Positions 17,573 to 26,013 are shown, counted from the first letter of the stretch. The stretch is DNA of 64,000 bases from Limisphaerales bacterium (GCA_044226545.1 JBGAGW010000003.1:431823-495822), one strand, 5' to 3'. Notes: a model not told the origin generated them from the letters alone. Numbers and translations: made by a program.

Positions 17573-18554
17573 TCCCTGGTTCGCTCGCGCGCGTGCTGCG
17601 CGCTTGCAGGAAGGTATTCCACGTGACTCCGAAAACAAGCAGAAGCCCAAGCAGCACGTATTCCAGATGACTGATTCGGAACGGAAGGTGTTGCGCGCCC
17701 CAAACCGCCGCGCCGCGCAATCCTTCGTCCAGCACCGCGATAAAAAGCACACCGAAGATCGTTCCGAGAATCGTCCCGCTACCGCCCTGCACTTGTGTGC
17801 CACCGAGCACGACGGCAACAATGACCCGCAACTCCAGCCCGGTAAGTGAACTGGCGCTGACTGAGCCGTTGCGAGCTGTAAAGGTGAGCGCCGCCAGAAA
17901 CGCGACAAAGCCCATCAGGAGGTAAACTTCGATCAACCGTCGTTCGACCGGTATGGCGGCGTAACGCGCAGCTATGCGGTTGCCACCGATCATCAAAAGG
18001 TGTCGACGCCAAACCGAATGGGAGAAGTAAATCCCACCGACGACAAAAACGGCAGCCGTCAAAGCGATCGCGCCGCGAAGTTGCCCCAGGACCTCATACC
18101 CCGGGACATCGAGGAAAGGCGATTTCTCCAGATCACCCATGATCACGAAACAAAGGCCGCGGTAAAAAATCATTGTTCCAAGCGTGGCGATGATGGGAGG
18201 AACATCGAGACGAGCGATCAGAAACCCATTCAATCCGCCGGCAGCCAGGCCGACCGCCAATCCCGCGGGGAGCGCCGTCCACCAGAAGTTTGCACCAGCG
18301 GGAAAGGACGAGAGAACGCAAGAAATGAGGGCGACGAGCGATCCCACAGACAGGTCGATTCCCGCGGTCATTAAGACGATCGTCATTCCAAACGCGACGA
18401 CCAGAGTCGGCGCGGCCTGAGCCAGAATGTCGGTAAGGTAAACACGTAAATAGGCGACCAACGCATCGACCGAGTTGAAAGTGTTCCCAGAAATCGCAGT
18501 GAACACAGCGATTTCCGCCACGAGCAAAACCGTAAGAATCGCCGCCCGTTTCAC
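17565..18554 (-). CDS. ABC transporter permease, RbsC/AraH-type (second of a pair)
   Basis: It is multi-TM, with LMTAGIDLSVGSLVAL and GGTQVQGGSGTILGTIFGVLF motifs. The GTG start at 18552-18554 overlaps the upstream TGA as GTGA, consistent with translational coupling. Confidence 0.9.
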   Translation of the reverse strand: MKRAAILTVLLVAEIAVFTAISGNTFNSVDALVAYLRVYLTDILAQAAPTLVVAFGMTIVLMTAGIDLSVGSLVALISCVLSSFPAGANFWWTALPAGLAVGLAAGGLNGFLIARLDVPPIIATLGTMIFYRGLCFVIMGDLEKSPFLDVPGYEVLGQLRGAIALTAAVFVVGGIYFSHSVWRRHLLMIGGNRIAARYAAIPVERRLIEVYLLMGFVAFLAALTFTARNGSVSASSLTGLELRVIVAVVLGGTQVQGGSGTILGTIFGVLFIAVLDEGLRGAAVWGAQHLPFRISHLEYVLLGLLLVFGVTWNTFLQARSTRASEPGNG

Positions 18555-19522
18555 GAAAGTTCCTCCATCAACTTCGCGCGGCGGTGCAGGGCGCAATCGG
18601 TGCCGATAATAATCAGAATGATCGCGCCACTGATTGCATCCTGGAGATAGGCGCTGGTGCCCGCGTAAACGAGGACTTGCGAGATGAGATACAAAAAGAG
18701 AGCTCCGAGCAACGTGCCCAGGTACGAACCTTCACCACCGAAAATATTCGTCCCTCCGAGAATCACCGCAGCGATGGCTTGCAACTCAAACCCCAGCGCC
18801 ATTCGAGCCGGTTCTACGGCTTGAACTCGCGTCACGTAGATGAGCGCGCTAAGTCCCAGGAAAAAACCGCCCACCAGGAAAGCGCTGTTTAGAATACGGG
18901 CGGGATTCAACCCCATCAGGTGACACGCTTCCGGTGAATTTCCGAGAGCCAGCCATAAGCGAGAACTTTTGCCAAAACCGTCAAGTAGCAGCGCAACGAC
19001 GATTCCGAATAGCAGAATAATTCCGGCGTAAGCTTTGCCTGGGGAATGAAAACTCTCGTCCGCAATCTGAATATTTCCAGAAAAGGCGGGAACAGCGACT
19101 TCGGCAAGCATCAGGGCAATACCCCGGTAAAAAGGCAGACCGGCCAGAGTGATGATGATCGCGGGGATTCGTGATCGGGAAATGATAAAACCGTTTGAAG
19201 AAACAAGGCCCCAGGCGATGGCGAAGCAGCAAACAAAGGCCGGGATCGGAGGAGCACCATGCTTCACCACCGCGGCAAACGCCGTTCCGGCCAGGGCGAT
19301 AATCGAAGCAATCGAAAGGTCTATCGCGCCGGTGAAGATAATTCCTGTGAGCGCAAACCCTGCCAGCGTGGAAGGAGCGATATCGCCGGGCAAACGATTG
19401 AGCACTTCCGAAAAGGAACTGCCGCGTTTGAGCAGGAAAAAGATGGTCAGAAGAAGGAGGAAGTTGCCCGCGAGTAAAAACGCGAGCCGCCACCGCAGAG
19501 TTCGTCCGATCCGGCTGAACAC
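18551..19522 (-). CDS. ABC transporter permease, RbsC/AraH-type (first of a pair)
   Basis: It contains FTGAIDLSIASIIALAG and GGTNIFGGEGSYLGTLLGALF motifs. The start is uncertain. The longest ORF reaches 19636 but runs into the 20-nt repeat, so GTG 19520-19522 (MFSRIGRTLRWRLAFLL...) is my preferred start. Confidence 0.85.
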   Translation of the reverse strand: MFSRIGRTLRWRLAFLLAGNFLLLLTIFFLLKRGSSFSEVLNRLPGDIAPSTLAGFALTGIIFTGAIDLSIASIIALAGTAFAAVVKHGAPPIPAFVCCFAIAWGLVSSNGFIISRSRIPAIIITLAGLPFYRGIALMLAEVAVPAFSGNIQIADESFHSPGKAYAGIILLFGIVVALLLDGFGKSSRLWLALGNSPEACHLMGLNPARILNSAFLVGGFFLGLSALIYVTRVQAVEPARMALGFELQAIAAVILGGTNIFGGEGSYLGTLLGALFLYLISQVLVYAGTSAYLQDAISGAIILIIIGTDCALHRRAKLMEELS

Positions 19523-19627
19523 GCGCGCGATTAAACGGCAGGCAATGGCTGGGCTGCAAACATTAAGGAGAGCGCGTCCGAAACTGGCGGCGCTCGCGGG
19601 ACAATACGTGGCGGCCCGTGACGAACC

Positions 19628-19647
19628 TCCGCGCACTTGCTTCGGGC
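19628..19647 (+). repeat. Direct repeat copy 1 (TCCGCGCACTTGCTTCGGGC)
   Basis: This 20-mer is identical to 20694-20713 in the same orientation. It lies 8 nt downstream of the stop of the membrane-protein gene 19655-20404. Confidence 0.9.
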
Positions 19648-19654
19648 GGCATTC

Positions 19655-20404
19655 TCATCGGACGAACCATGCGACAAAATTATGCCAGGCTTGGCTGGGG
19701 GCGATAAATCCCGCTCGCACGTTTGCCCAGACGAGCATCGCGACGCCCGTCCACAACGAGATCGGATGCATCCTGCCTCGTGAAAGCCGATCGTGGACCG
19801 CCGGCGCAAAAAAGAGAGCGGCCAGTGGAACAAGTACGATCGGAGCTCTTATGCCTCTCAAAACCGCCGAGTGTCCAATTATGTGGGCCAACGCCGCCGG
19901 CATCAACGCGCCCATCGTCGCAAAGTACATCAAGCGCTTGTGGGCCTGTGCGCGATTTCGGTGCCAAAGTGCCAAACCCACGAGCACCGCGAAGCTAAGG
20001 ATGTCACCTAGTTGGAACGCCAGCAAAACGTCCATGGAATCGTTCGGGCCATGGATCAAATCTCCGCTCAAATCATGGCCGCGGCGCGCCATCGTGAGAG
20101 CAGCAGCATAGCCGGAGAGTACCATTAGCAAGGCCAGCCCTGCCCCGAGATATCCCAGCCGTCGATGAAGGGAAATTCGCCCCTGCGAGATGAGCAGGCA
20201 TTGCGTGAGAAATAAAACCAGCCACGCCGTGAAAATGCAGCCATGCAAGCCCACCGCCCATGTCAATGATGCTTTTCGACTGGTGCTGTTCATGAGTGCC
20301 GGAGCGAAACCCGCGAACACGATCACAAACGCCACAACCGACATCACGATATAAAATCGCCCTTCCGGACGGCGGCCTGTATCAATCGAATTCCTTACTT
20401 TCAT
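19655..20404 (-). CDS. Hypothetical integral membrane protein (~6-7 TM)
   Basis: The 249-aa protein has repeated hydrophobic helices (FYIVMSVVAFVIVFAGF, LHGCIFTAWLVLFLTQCLL, LGYLGAGLALLMVLSGY and others). I did not recognise a family. Confidence 0.6.
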   Translation of the reverse strand: MKVRNSIDTGRRPEGRFYIVMSVVAFVIVFAGFAPALMNSTSRKASLTWAVGLHGCIFTAWLVLFLTQCLLISQGRISLHRRLGYLGAGLALLMVLSGYAAALTMARRGHDLSGDLIHGPNDSMDVLLAFQLGDILSFAVLVGLALWHRNRAQAHKRLMYFATMGALMPAALAHIIGHSAVLRGIRAPIVLVPLAALFFAPAVHDRLSRGRMHPISLWTGVAMLVWANVRAGFIAPSQAWHNFVAWFVR

Positions 20405-20693
20405 GCGGAGGAATCGAAAAACAAGTGCTGCCGCATCGCAGCGAAACTGAGCGGCGTATTCGAGATAGATTGCTGCGGTCCGTCGCAGATCGCCACCAAA
20501 AATCTTGCTCTATTGGATCATTGGATTAATTCAATCGCTGCCCGAGTGTGATTTTGGGTGCGACTGAAAGTGAGGGGCGCAACGTTGTTCCAGGGGGCGA
20601 CGCGCCCTACGCGCTCAAGGGTCGAGGCGCTTTGCTCTCAATGATCTGGCGTGCCTCTCAGTTTGAAACGCCCCCCAATCGCAGTCGTGGCTT

Positions 20694-20713
20694 TCCGCGC
20701 ACTTGCTTCGGGC
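20694..20713 (+). repeat. Direct repeat copy 2 (TCCGCGCACTTGCTTCGGGC)
   Basis: This 20-mer is identical to 19628-19647. It lies 28 nt upstream of the mdh ATG at 20741. Confidence 0.9.
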
Positions 20714-20740
20714 AACTCCTTTCTGAATACTGACCCCTTT

Positions 20741-21730
20741 ATGACGAAATCGCCTATTCGTGTTGCGGTCACCGGTGCGGCTGGCCAGATTGGATACTCT
20801 CTGCTTTTCCGGATCGCTTCAGGTTCCATGTTCGGACCGGATCAACCCGTCATCCTCCATTTAATCGAAATCGAACCGGCCTTGCCGGCCCTGAACGGTG
20901 TGGTGATGGAACTGGACGATTGCGCTTTCCCCCTCCTCAAAGGGATCGTTCCGACCGCGAATCTCGATGAAGGCTTTCGCGGCGTGAATTGGGCCTTACT
21001 GGTCGGAAGCGTGCCGCGCAAACAGGGAATGGAACGTAAAGATCTCCTCGGAATCAACGGCAAAATTTTCATCGGCCAGGGCCAGGCCATTCAGAGGAAT
21101 GCCTCGAAAGATGTGCGCATCCTGGTCGTTGGCAATCCTTGCAACACGAATTGCCTGATCGCGATGAACAACGCGCCGGACGTTCCAAAAGATCGCTGGC
21201 ACGCGATGACGCGGCTGGATGAAAATCGCGCCAAGAGCCAACTCGCGCAAAAAGCGAAGGTCGATGTCACCGCGGTAACGAACGTCGCAATCTGGGGCAA
21301 TCACTCTTCCACACAATATCCCGACTTCTACAACGCGAAGATTAACGGCAAGCCGGCGACCCAGATAATCACGGACGAAGCCTGGCTGAAAGGGGATTTC
21401 ATCGCGACGGTGCAACAACGCGGCGCCGCGATCATCAAGGCTCGCGGTGCTTCGAGCGCGGCCAGCGCGGCCAATGCCGTGGTGGATAGCGTCCGCTCGA
21501 TTGTGAATCCGACTCCCCAGGGGGATTGGAGCAGCGTGGCCATTAATTCCGATGGCAGCTACGGAATTGAAAAGGGGTTGATCACTTCCTTCCCGATTCG
21601 CAGCAACGGACAAAAGCTCGAAGTCGTCCAAGGCGTGCCGATCAATGAGTTCAGCAAGAGCAAGATCGACGCGACGATCAATGAGTTGAAGGAAGAGCGA
21701 TCGCTCGTCGCGGATTTGTTGCCGAAATGA
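20741..21730 (+). CDS. mdh: Malate dehydrogenase (NAD-dependent, LDH-like MDH clade)
   Basis: The call rests on [28 protein letters not shown]...VILHLIEI...[11 protein letters not shown]...[11 protein letters not shown]...[12 protein letters not shown] chose the ATG at 20741; the ORF-track start at 20651 adds a non-homologous extension. Confidence 0.97.
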   Translation: MTKSPIRVAVTGAAGQIGYSLLFRIASGSMFGPDQPVILHLIEIEPALPALNGVVMELDDCAFPLLKGIVPTANLDEGFRGVNWALLVGSVPRKQGMERKDLLGINGKIFIGQGQAIQRNASKDVRILVVGNPCNTNCLIAMNNAPDVPKDRWHAMTRLDENRAKSQLAQKAKVDVTAVTNVAIWGNHSSTQYPDFYNAKINGKPATQIITDEAWLKGDFIATVQQRGAAIIKARGASSAASAANAVVDSVRSIVNPTPQGDWSSVAINSDGSYGIEKGLITSFPIRSNGQKLEVVQGVPINEFSKSKIDATINELKEERSLVADLLPK

Positions 21731-21733
21731 TTC

Positions 21734-21772
21734 GGAGAGTAGAAGTAGGATTAAGAGTAAGAGTAGGAGAGG
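21734..21772 (+). repeat. C-free polypurine/T tract made of imperfect hexamer repeats (RAGTAR)
   Basis: The sequence GGAGAGTAGAAGTAGGATTAAGAGTAAGAGTAGGAGAGG contains no C in 39 nt. Read in the mdh frame, it adds five further stop codons (TAG, TAG, TAA, TAA, TAG) after the mdh TGA. Confidence 0.7.
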
Positions 21773-21820
21773 CTAAAAGCCCTTTGCTACAGAGGGAGTT
21801 TCCGGAATAATCCGCTGCGG

Positions 21821-22702
21821 ATGAAATCGATGACCGGCTATGGCCGGGGGGAACAGACTCAGGAAGGATACAAGATCGTCAGCGAGGTCAGCACGGTGAA
21901 TCGCCGGCAGGCCGAGATCAGTATCTACCTTCCGCGCGAGCTGGAACAGCTCGACGCGCGCGTCCGCACGGAAGTGAACAAGCGCGTGGCGCGCGGGCGA
22001 ATCATGGTCCGCATCAGCCTGCACGTCTCCGAAAGCACGCTCATCAGCCACGCGCAGGTGAACACCGCTCTCGCCAAAGCCTACGCGCGCGAGTTAAAGA
22101 AATTAGCCGCTGAACTGAAAATCCCTGCGGACATTACCCTCGATATGCTGGTGCGCGCCCCGGGTGTTTTTCAGACCGACAGCGCGCTCAGCGATGCGGA
22201 ACACTTTTGGCCAGGGGTCGAAGCATCAGTCCAAAAGGCGCTCGATGCCTGCATCAAAATGCGCGAGCGCGAGGGTGGTCACCTCGCCAAAGATCTCAAG
22301 GCACGCATCGCTGCCATGCGCAAATCCGTCGGGTTGGTTCAAAAAGAAGCGCCCGCGATGGTGGAGCGTTATCGGGAGCAACTGCGCGAACGAATCAAGA
22401 ACGCCGGTCTTCCGTTGCCGCCCGAAGATGACGAGCGTTTGCAGAAGGAGATCATTTACTTCGCGGACCGTTCGGATATTTCCGAGGAACTCACGCGCTT
22501 GCAAAGCCACTTCAAGCAGTTCGAAGAATGCACGCGGCAGACCGATCCCGTTGGCCGCACTCTCGATTTTCTCGCCCAGGAAATGAATCGCGAGGTCAAC
22601 ACGATCGGCTCGAAAGCCAGCGATAGCGTCATCGCCCGCGAAGTCGTTCTGATGAAAACGGAATTGGAAAAGTTCCGCGAACAGGTGCAGAACGTCGAGT
22701 AG
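21821..22702 (+). CDS. yicC: YicC-family stress-induced protein
   Basis: It has the MKSMTGYGRG N-terminus and a C-terminal DUF1732-like segment (EELTRLQSH...GRTLDFLAQEMNREVNTIGSK). Confidence 0.9.
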   Translation: MKSMTGYGRGEQTQEGYKIVSEVSTVNRRQAEISIYLPRELEQLDARVRTEVNKRVARGRIMVRISLHVSESTLISHAQVNTALAKAYARELKKLAAELKIPADITLDMLVRAPGVFQTDSALSDAEHFWPGVEASVQKALDACIKMREREGGHLAKDLKARIAAMRKSVGLVQKEAPAMVERYREQLRERIKNAGLPLPPEDDERLQKEIIYFADRSDISEELTRLQSHFKQFEECTRQTDPVGRTLDFLAQEMNREVNTIGSKASDSVIAREVVLMKTELEKFREQVQNVE

Positions 22703-22703
22703 C

Positions 22704-23336
22704 ATGGGATCAGCCGCGCATAAATCAGGCCTGTTGCTGATCATCTCCGCTCCCTCCGGTGGTGGCAAAACCACCTTAAGCCAGCATCTTCTCGCCTCCA
22801 ATCCGAATACCGTTCGCGCGGTCACATGCACTACCCGTGCCCCGCGCGAAGGCGAGAAGGATGGCGTCGATTATTATTTCCTCGACCCCGCGGATTTCCT
22901 GAAGCGCGTGCAAGCCGGCAATTTTCTCGAACACGCTACTGTTTACGGAAACAGTTATGGCACCCTTAAATCCGAAGTCGTCAATAAGTTAAGGCAGGGA
23001 CGCGACGTCCTATTGAACGTGGATGTTCAGGGAGCTGCGAGCATCCGTGACCGCGCGGAAGATGACGAAGAGTTGAAGACCGCTCTGGTTACTGTCTTCC
23101 TCGCACCCCCGAGCCTGCCTGTGCTTGAACAGCGCCTGAAAAATCGAAACCAGGATTCCGCAGCCAGTATTCAAAAGCGTTTGAGCGTGGCTCGTCATGA
23201 AATTGCCCAGTGGAAACATTTCGATTACCTGATTATCAGCAGCACCATTCAAGATGACCTTGCGAAATTGCAGGGAATTATCACTGCGGAAAAATTGCGA
23301 CAATTGCGCGCGAAGCTGCCTGACTACGGTTCGTGA
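22704..23336 (+). CDS. gmk: Guanylate kinase
   Basis: It has the P-loop ISAPSGGGKTTL, plus TTRAPREGEKDGVDYYF and NVDVQGA. It starts 2 nt after yicC, the conserved yicC-gmk context. Confidence 0.95.
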   Translation: MGSAAHKSGLLLIISAPSGGGKTTLSQHLLASNPNTVRAVTCTTRAPREGEKDGVDYYFLDPADFLKRVQAGNFLEHATVYGNSYGTLKSEVVNKLRQGRDVLLNVDVQGAASIRDRAEDDEELKTALVTVFLAPPSLPVLEQRLKNRNQDSAASIQKRLSVARHEIAQWKHFDYLIISSTIQDDLAKLQGIITAEKLRQLRAKLPDYGS

Positions 23337-23398
23337 TAATGTAGAAAGAGTGCACGAGAAACAGTTCGGCCTCGTCATCGCGGTCCGGGAAAAATTGA

Positions 23399-23947
23399 AT
23401 GAAACAAAACGCGAATATCGTTCTGGGAGTGACCGGCTCGATTGCCGCGTACAAAGCCGCGGAAATCACGAGCCGGCTCACTAAACAAGGCGCCGAGGTC
23501 CACGTCGTCATGACCAACGACGCGCAGAAATTCATCACTGCACTCCCGTTCAAAACCCTCTCGCGCAATCCCGTTGTGACCGACCTCTACGATGAGGAAG
23601 AGGGTTGGAAACCCACTCACATCAAGCTTGCTGACGAAGCGGACCTTCTTTTGATTGCTCCTGCAACCGCCAACGTCCTCGCGAAGCTGGCGCACGGCAT
23701 CGCCGACGATGCGCTGACCTGCATCGCCCTCGCGCTCAATCCCAAAACACCCATCCTGATCGCGCCCGCGATGAACGGAAAAATGTGGCTTCATCCAGCG
23801 ACGAAGGCCAACGTGCAAACATTGAAGGACAGAGGCGTCGAGTTCATCGGTCCCGAAGAAGGAATGCTCTCGTGCGGTTACGAAGGAATTGGCCGCCTTT
23901 TCGAGCCGGAAAAGATCGTTGAACGAGCGTTCCAGCAGGTCGCGTAG
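23399..23947 (+). CDS. coaC: Phosphopantothenoylcysteine decarboxylase (stand-alone CoaC flavoprotein)
   Basis: The call rests on NIVLGVTGSIAAYKAAEITSRL...LLLIAPATANVLAKLAHGIADDALT...APAMNGKMW. At 182 aa it ends where the CoaB half of fused CoaBC would begin. Confidence 0.85.
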   Translation: MKQNANIVLGVTGSIAAYKAAEITSRLTKQGAEVHVVMTNDAQKFITALPFKTLSRNPVVTDLYDEEEGWKPTHIKLADEADLLLIAPATANVLAKLAHGIADDALTCIALALNPKTPILIAPAMNGKMWLHPATKANVQTLKDRGVEFIGPEEGMLSCGYEGIGRLFEPEKIVERAFQQVA

Positions 23948-24103
23948 AAAAACAAAGCGACGGAGTTGGCGGTTGCGCGGCATGTCTGAGGACTCACGGC
24001 GGAAGTGCCCAAGCACAATCGTGCATTCCGAAAAGCAAGGCCCCAAAAGAAAATGCACCCGGGCCGGATTGCGCCGAGTGCGTCACGAGATCGGAGTTTC
24101 GTT

Positions 24104-25114
24104 CTAGCGCTTCACGAGTTTCCGTCGCAAAGCCGCGATCGAGGCCAATGCAGTTCCCAGCAGACCAAGGGTAGAGCCTGCGTCCGGAGCACCGGTGGGA
24201 GGGGGAGCTCCGGCTCCGACCATCGGCGCGACATCGTCCAGAAAATTTGCGAGAAACTTTGTAGAAATAAAGTTGCCAGCCTCGTCGATATCCTTAGTGC
24301 CGGAATAATCCACGAAGGTCAGGGAGCCTCCGTTCCCCGCGGCAAAAATGTGACCTTTGCCGTCAACTGATCCCTGGTCGAAACTTTGCCCGGGCACAAG
24401 TAGGGCACCAACGACCACCCAGCCATTCGGATCAGGATCGATTTGGGTCAGGTGGTCACCCTCCATCGCAATCAAGTTTCCCGAGAACGGATCAAACGCC
24501 ATGCCGTGCGCTATATCACTGTTCAATTTCCGTGTTGTCGTAAAGGTGGTTAAGTCGATTATGCCAACACCGACCGGACTCGCATAATAAGCCGTTCCAT
24601 CTGGTCCGAAGGTAATGGTTTGGATGTTCAAATCGTCCCCGTTGAGAGGGTGTGCCGTCCCGTTAGCAAAAGGTGTTAAAGGGATAGTCGCAACGCCAGA
24701 GGACTGATAGTGCATCGCATATGCCTGATTCCCCGCAGGATCCACGGCGAGGTGGAACGCTCCAATCCCGCCGGCGGTCTTGGTCGTGAAAGTTCCTGTG
24801 CCAGGATTCACCTTATGCACAGCATTTGCCTGCCCGCCAATAAGCAAATCGCCATCCGGCGCGAAAACGATCCCGTCTGCTCCACCCGTGGACGCAATGT
24901 TTTGCACATTGCCCAGTGTGAATGTAGTTCCGTCATAATCGTATGCGACCTTGTTAACGTTTTGGCCGCCGTTATATGTGGTGAAGAACAAATCTCCAGA
25001 GGTCGGGTCGGCCTTTGCATTGGCAAGATTAAGCAAGGCGATTATCACCGCTGCTAAAGAGGCCTTAGGGAAGGCGCTCCTTCGCGACATTCTTTTAGCA
25101 ATCATTTGGTCCAT
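24104..25114 (-). CDS. Secreted beta-propeller-like protein with a PEP-CTERM sorting tail
   Basis: It has a signal peptide (..MSRRSAFPKASLAAVIIALLNLANAKA). The C-terminus GAPDAGSTLGLLGTALASIAALRRKLVKR has the PEP-CTERM architecture: motif, TM helix, then a basic tail. Three in-frame ATGs (25114, 25105, 25090) are possible starts. Confidence 0.75.
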   Translation of the reverse strand: MDQMIAKRMSRRSAFPKASLAAVIIALLNLANAKADPTSGDLFFTTYNGGQNVNKVAYDYDGTTFTLGNVQNIASTGGADGIVFAPDGDLLIGGQANAVHKVNPGTGTFTTKTAGGIGAFHLAVDPAGNQAYAMHYQSSGVATIPLTPFANGTAHPLNGDDLNIQTITFGPDGTAYYASPVGVGIIDLTTFTTTRKLNSDIAHGMAFDPFSGNLIAMEGDHLTQIDPDPNGWVVVGALLVPGQSFDQGSVDGKGHIFAAGNGGSLTFVDYSGTKDIDEAGNFISTKFLANFLDDVAPMVGAGAPPPTGAPDAGSTLGLLGTALASIAALRRKLVKR

Positions 25115-25487
25115 ATATTGTATCTGTTTGGTTTGATTTCCTCCTTTTGAGCGTCCTTGCTCAAAAAGTATTCCCAACACCAGGCAGAGAAGTGCTGAAA
25201 CCGCTCCTTCGAGCAAACGCCGAGCCAAAATTAGGAGCGGCCAATGCTGCTGATGTTAGTGCTTCAGCTGCAATTGAATTGCGCTGAGCTTTGCGAGGAC
25301 GATGCTAGTCGGAGCCTGACAGGCTAAGACATTATTGTAAATCTATTTACCAAATTACTCTCGCGAATGGCGAAGGAGGAATCGCCCAGTTCCGAAGTTT
25401 GCCCCCCGATTAGCTAATCTTGTTCCGCAAACGGCGCGATGCATCGTGAGAAATTCAAAAAAGATCAAGAAAAAGTCGTTGACGCCG

Positions 25488-25535
25488 ATGGGTAGAAAAG
25501 GGTACAAAAAGGGAGAAAACGGTAGATTGCGGGTA
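25488..25535 (+). promoter_or_regulatory. Array of five phased GGGTA-like boxes; candidate MraZ operator
   Basis: The boxes are GGGTA (25489), GGGTA (25500), GGGAG (25511), GGTAG (25521) and GGGTA (25531). Spacings are 11, 11, 10 and 10 nt, separated by A-rich spacers. The array ends 11 nt before the mraZ ORF. E. coli MraZ binds phased TGGGN direct repeats with a 10-nt period. Confidence 0.55.
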
Positions 25536-25545
25536 AAAGCCCACT

Positions 25546-26013
25546 TTGAAAGATCGCGCACAGTCTCCGGAGCAGGTGGATTACACCGGTCATTTCCGAC
25601 ACGGAATTGATGGGAGCAGAAGAATCATGCTTCCGGCCAAATGGAGGCCTCGCGATGCGGATACGAAGTTCACGATCATTCCGTGGCCCATCGGGAATGA
25701 AGATCGGCTGCTTGTGCTACCGCCGGATCGCTGGCGCGAAATGCTCGCGAAATTGAAAACACGGTCGCTTTCGGATCCGCGCATCGAAGCGCTCGAGCAG
25801 GAAATCGCCGAGAACGCGGCGCAGGTGACGCCGGACAAAGTTGGCCGGATCGGTTTGCTCGAGGAACATACGCGGGCGGTAAAGATTTCCGATGAAGCGG
25901 AGTTGGTCGGGCGTCTCGACAAGTTCGAGATCTGGCAACCGGCCGCGCGCGACGCGATCCGCACGCGCAATAAGAAGTTGGCCGCCGAGGTCTTGAAGGA
26001 AATTGACCTATGA
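25546..26013 (+). CDS. mraZ: Transcriptional regulator MraZ
   Basis: Two SpoVT/AbrB-like halves are visible: FRHGIDGSRRIMLPAKWR and PDKVGRIGLLEEHTRAVKI..ELVGRLDKFEIWQP. The start could be the TTG at 25546 or the in-frame GTG at 25576. Confidence 0.85.
   Translation: MKDRAQSPEQVDYTGHFRHGIDGSRRIMLPAKWRPRDADTKFTIIPWPIGNEDRLLVLPPDRWREMLAKLKTRSLSDPRIEALEQEIAENAAQVTPDKVGRIGLLEEHTRAVKISDEAELVGRLDKFEIWQPAARDAIRTRNKKLAAEVLKEIDL

Noticed and set aside
17573-17908. N-terminal 112-codon extension of the ABC-2 permease ORF (ORF-track 16757..17908)
   Set aside because: The extension overlaps the 3' end of the upstream permease gene in another frame and is Cys/Arg-rich nonsense. The family-typical N-terminus begins at the ATG at 17572.
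19149-20111. 320-aa ORF on the plus strand
   Set aside because: It spans the junction of two well-supported minus-strand membrane-protein genes. The translation is Arg/Ala/Pro-rich with no motif, so it is a shadow ORF.
20651-20740. 30-codon N-terminal extension of mdh in the ORF track
   Set aside because: MDH homology, including the Rossmann GAAGQIG, begins right after the ATG at 20741. The extension includes the 20-nt repeat and starts at a non-ATG codon.
23399-23947. Idea that the stand-alone CoaC is an EpiD/HFCD-type peptidyl-cysteine decarboxylase acting on the NCKC peptides
   Set aside because: The gene sits in the conserved yicC-gmk-coaBC housekeeping context. The peptides do not end in Cys, and the loci are 3 kb apart with unrelated genes in between.
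25478-25508. Possible sigma70-type promoter (TTGACG at 25478-25483, TACAAA at 25503-25508) overlapping the MraZ boxes
   Set aside because: The spacer is 19 nt and the -10 is weak. PVC promoter consensus is not well enough known to me to call it.
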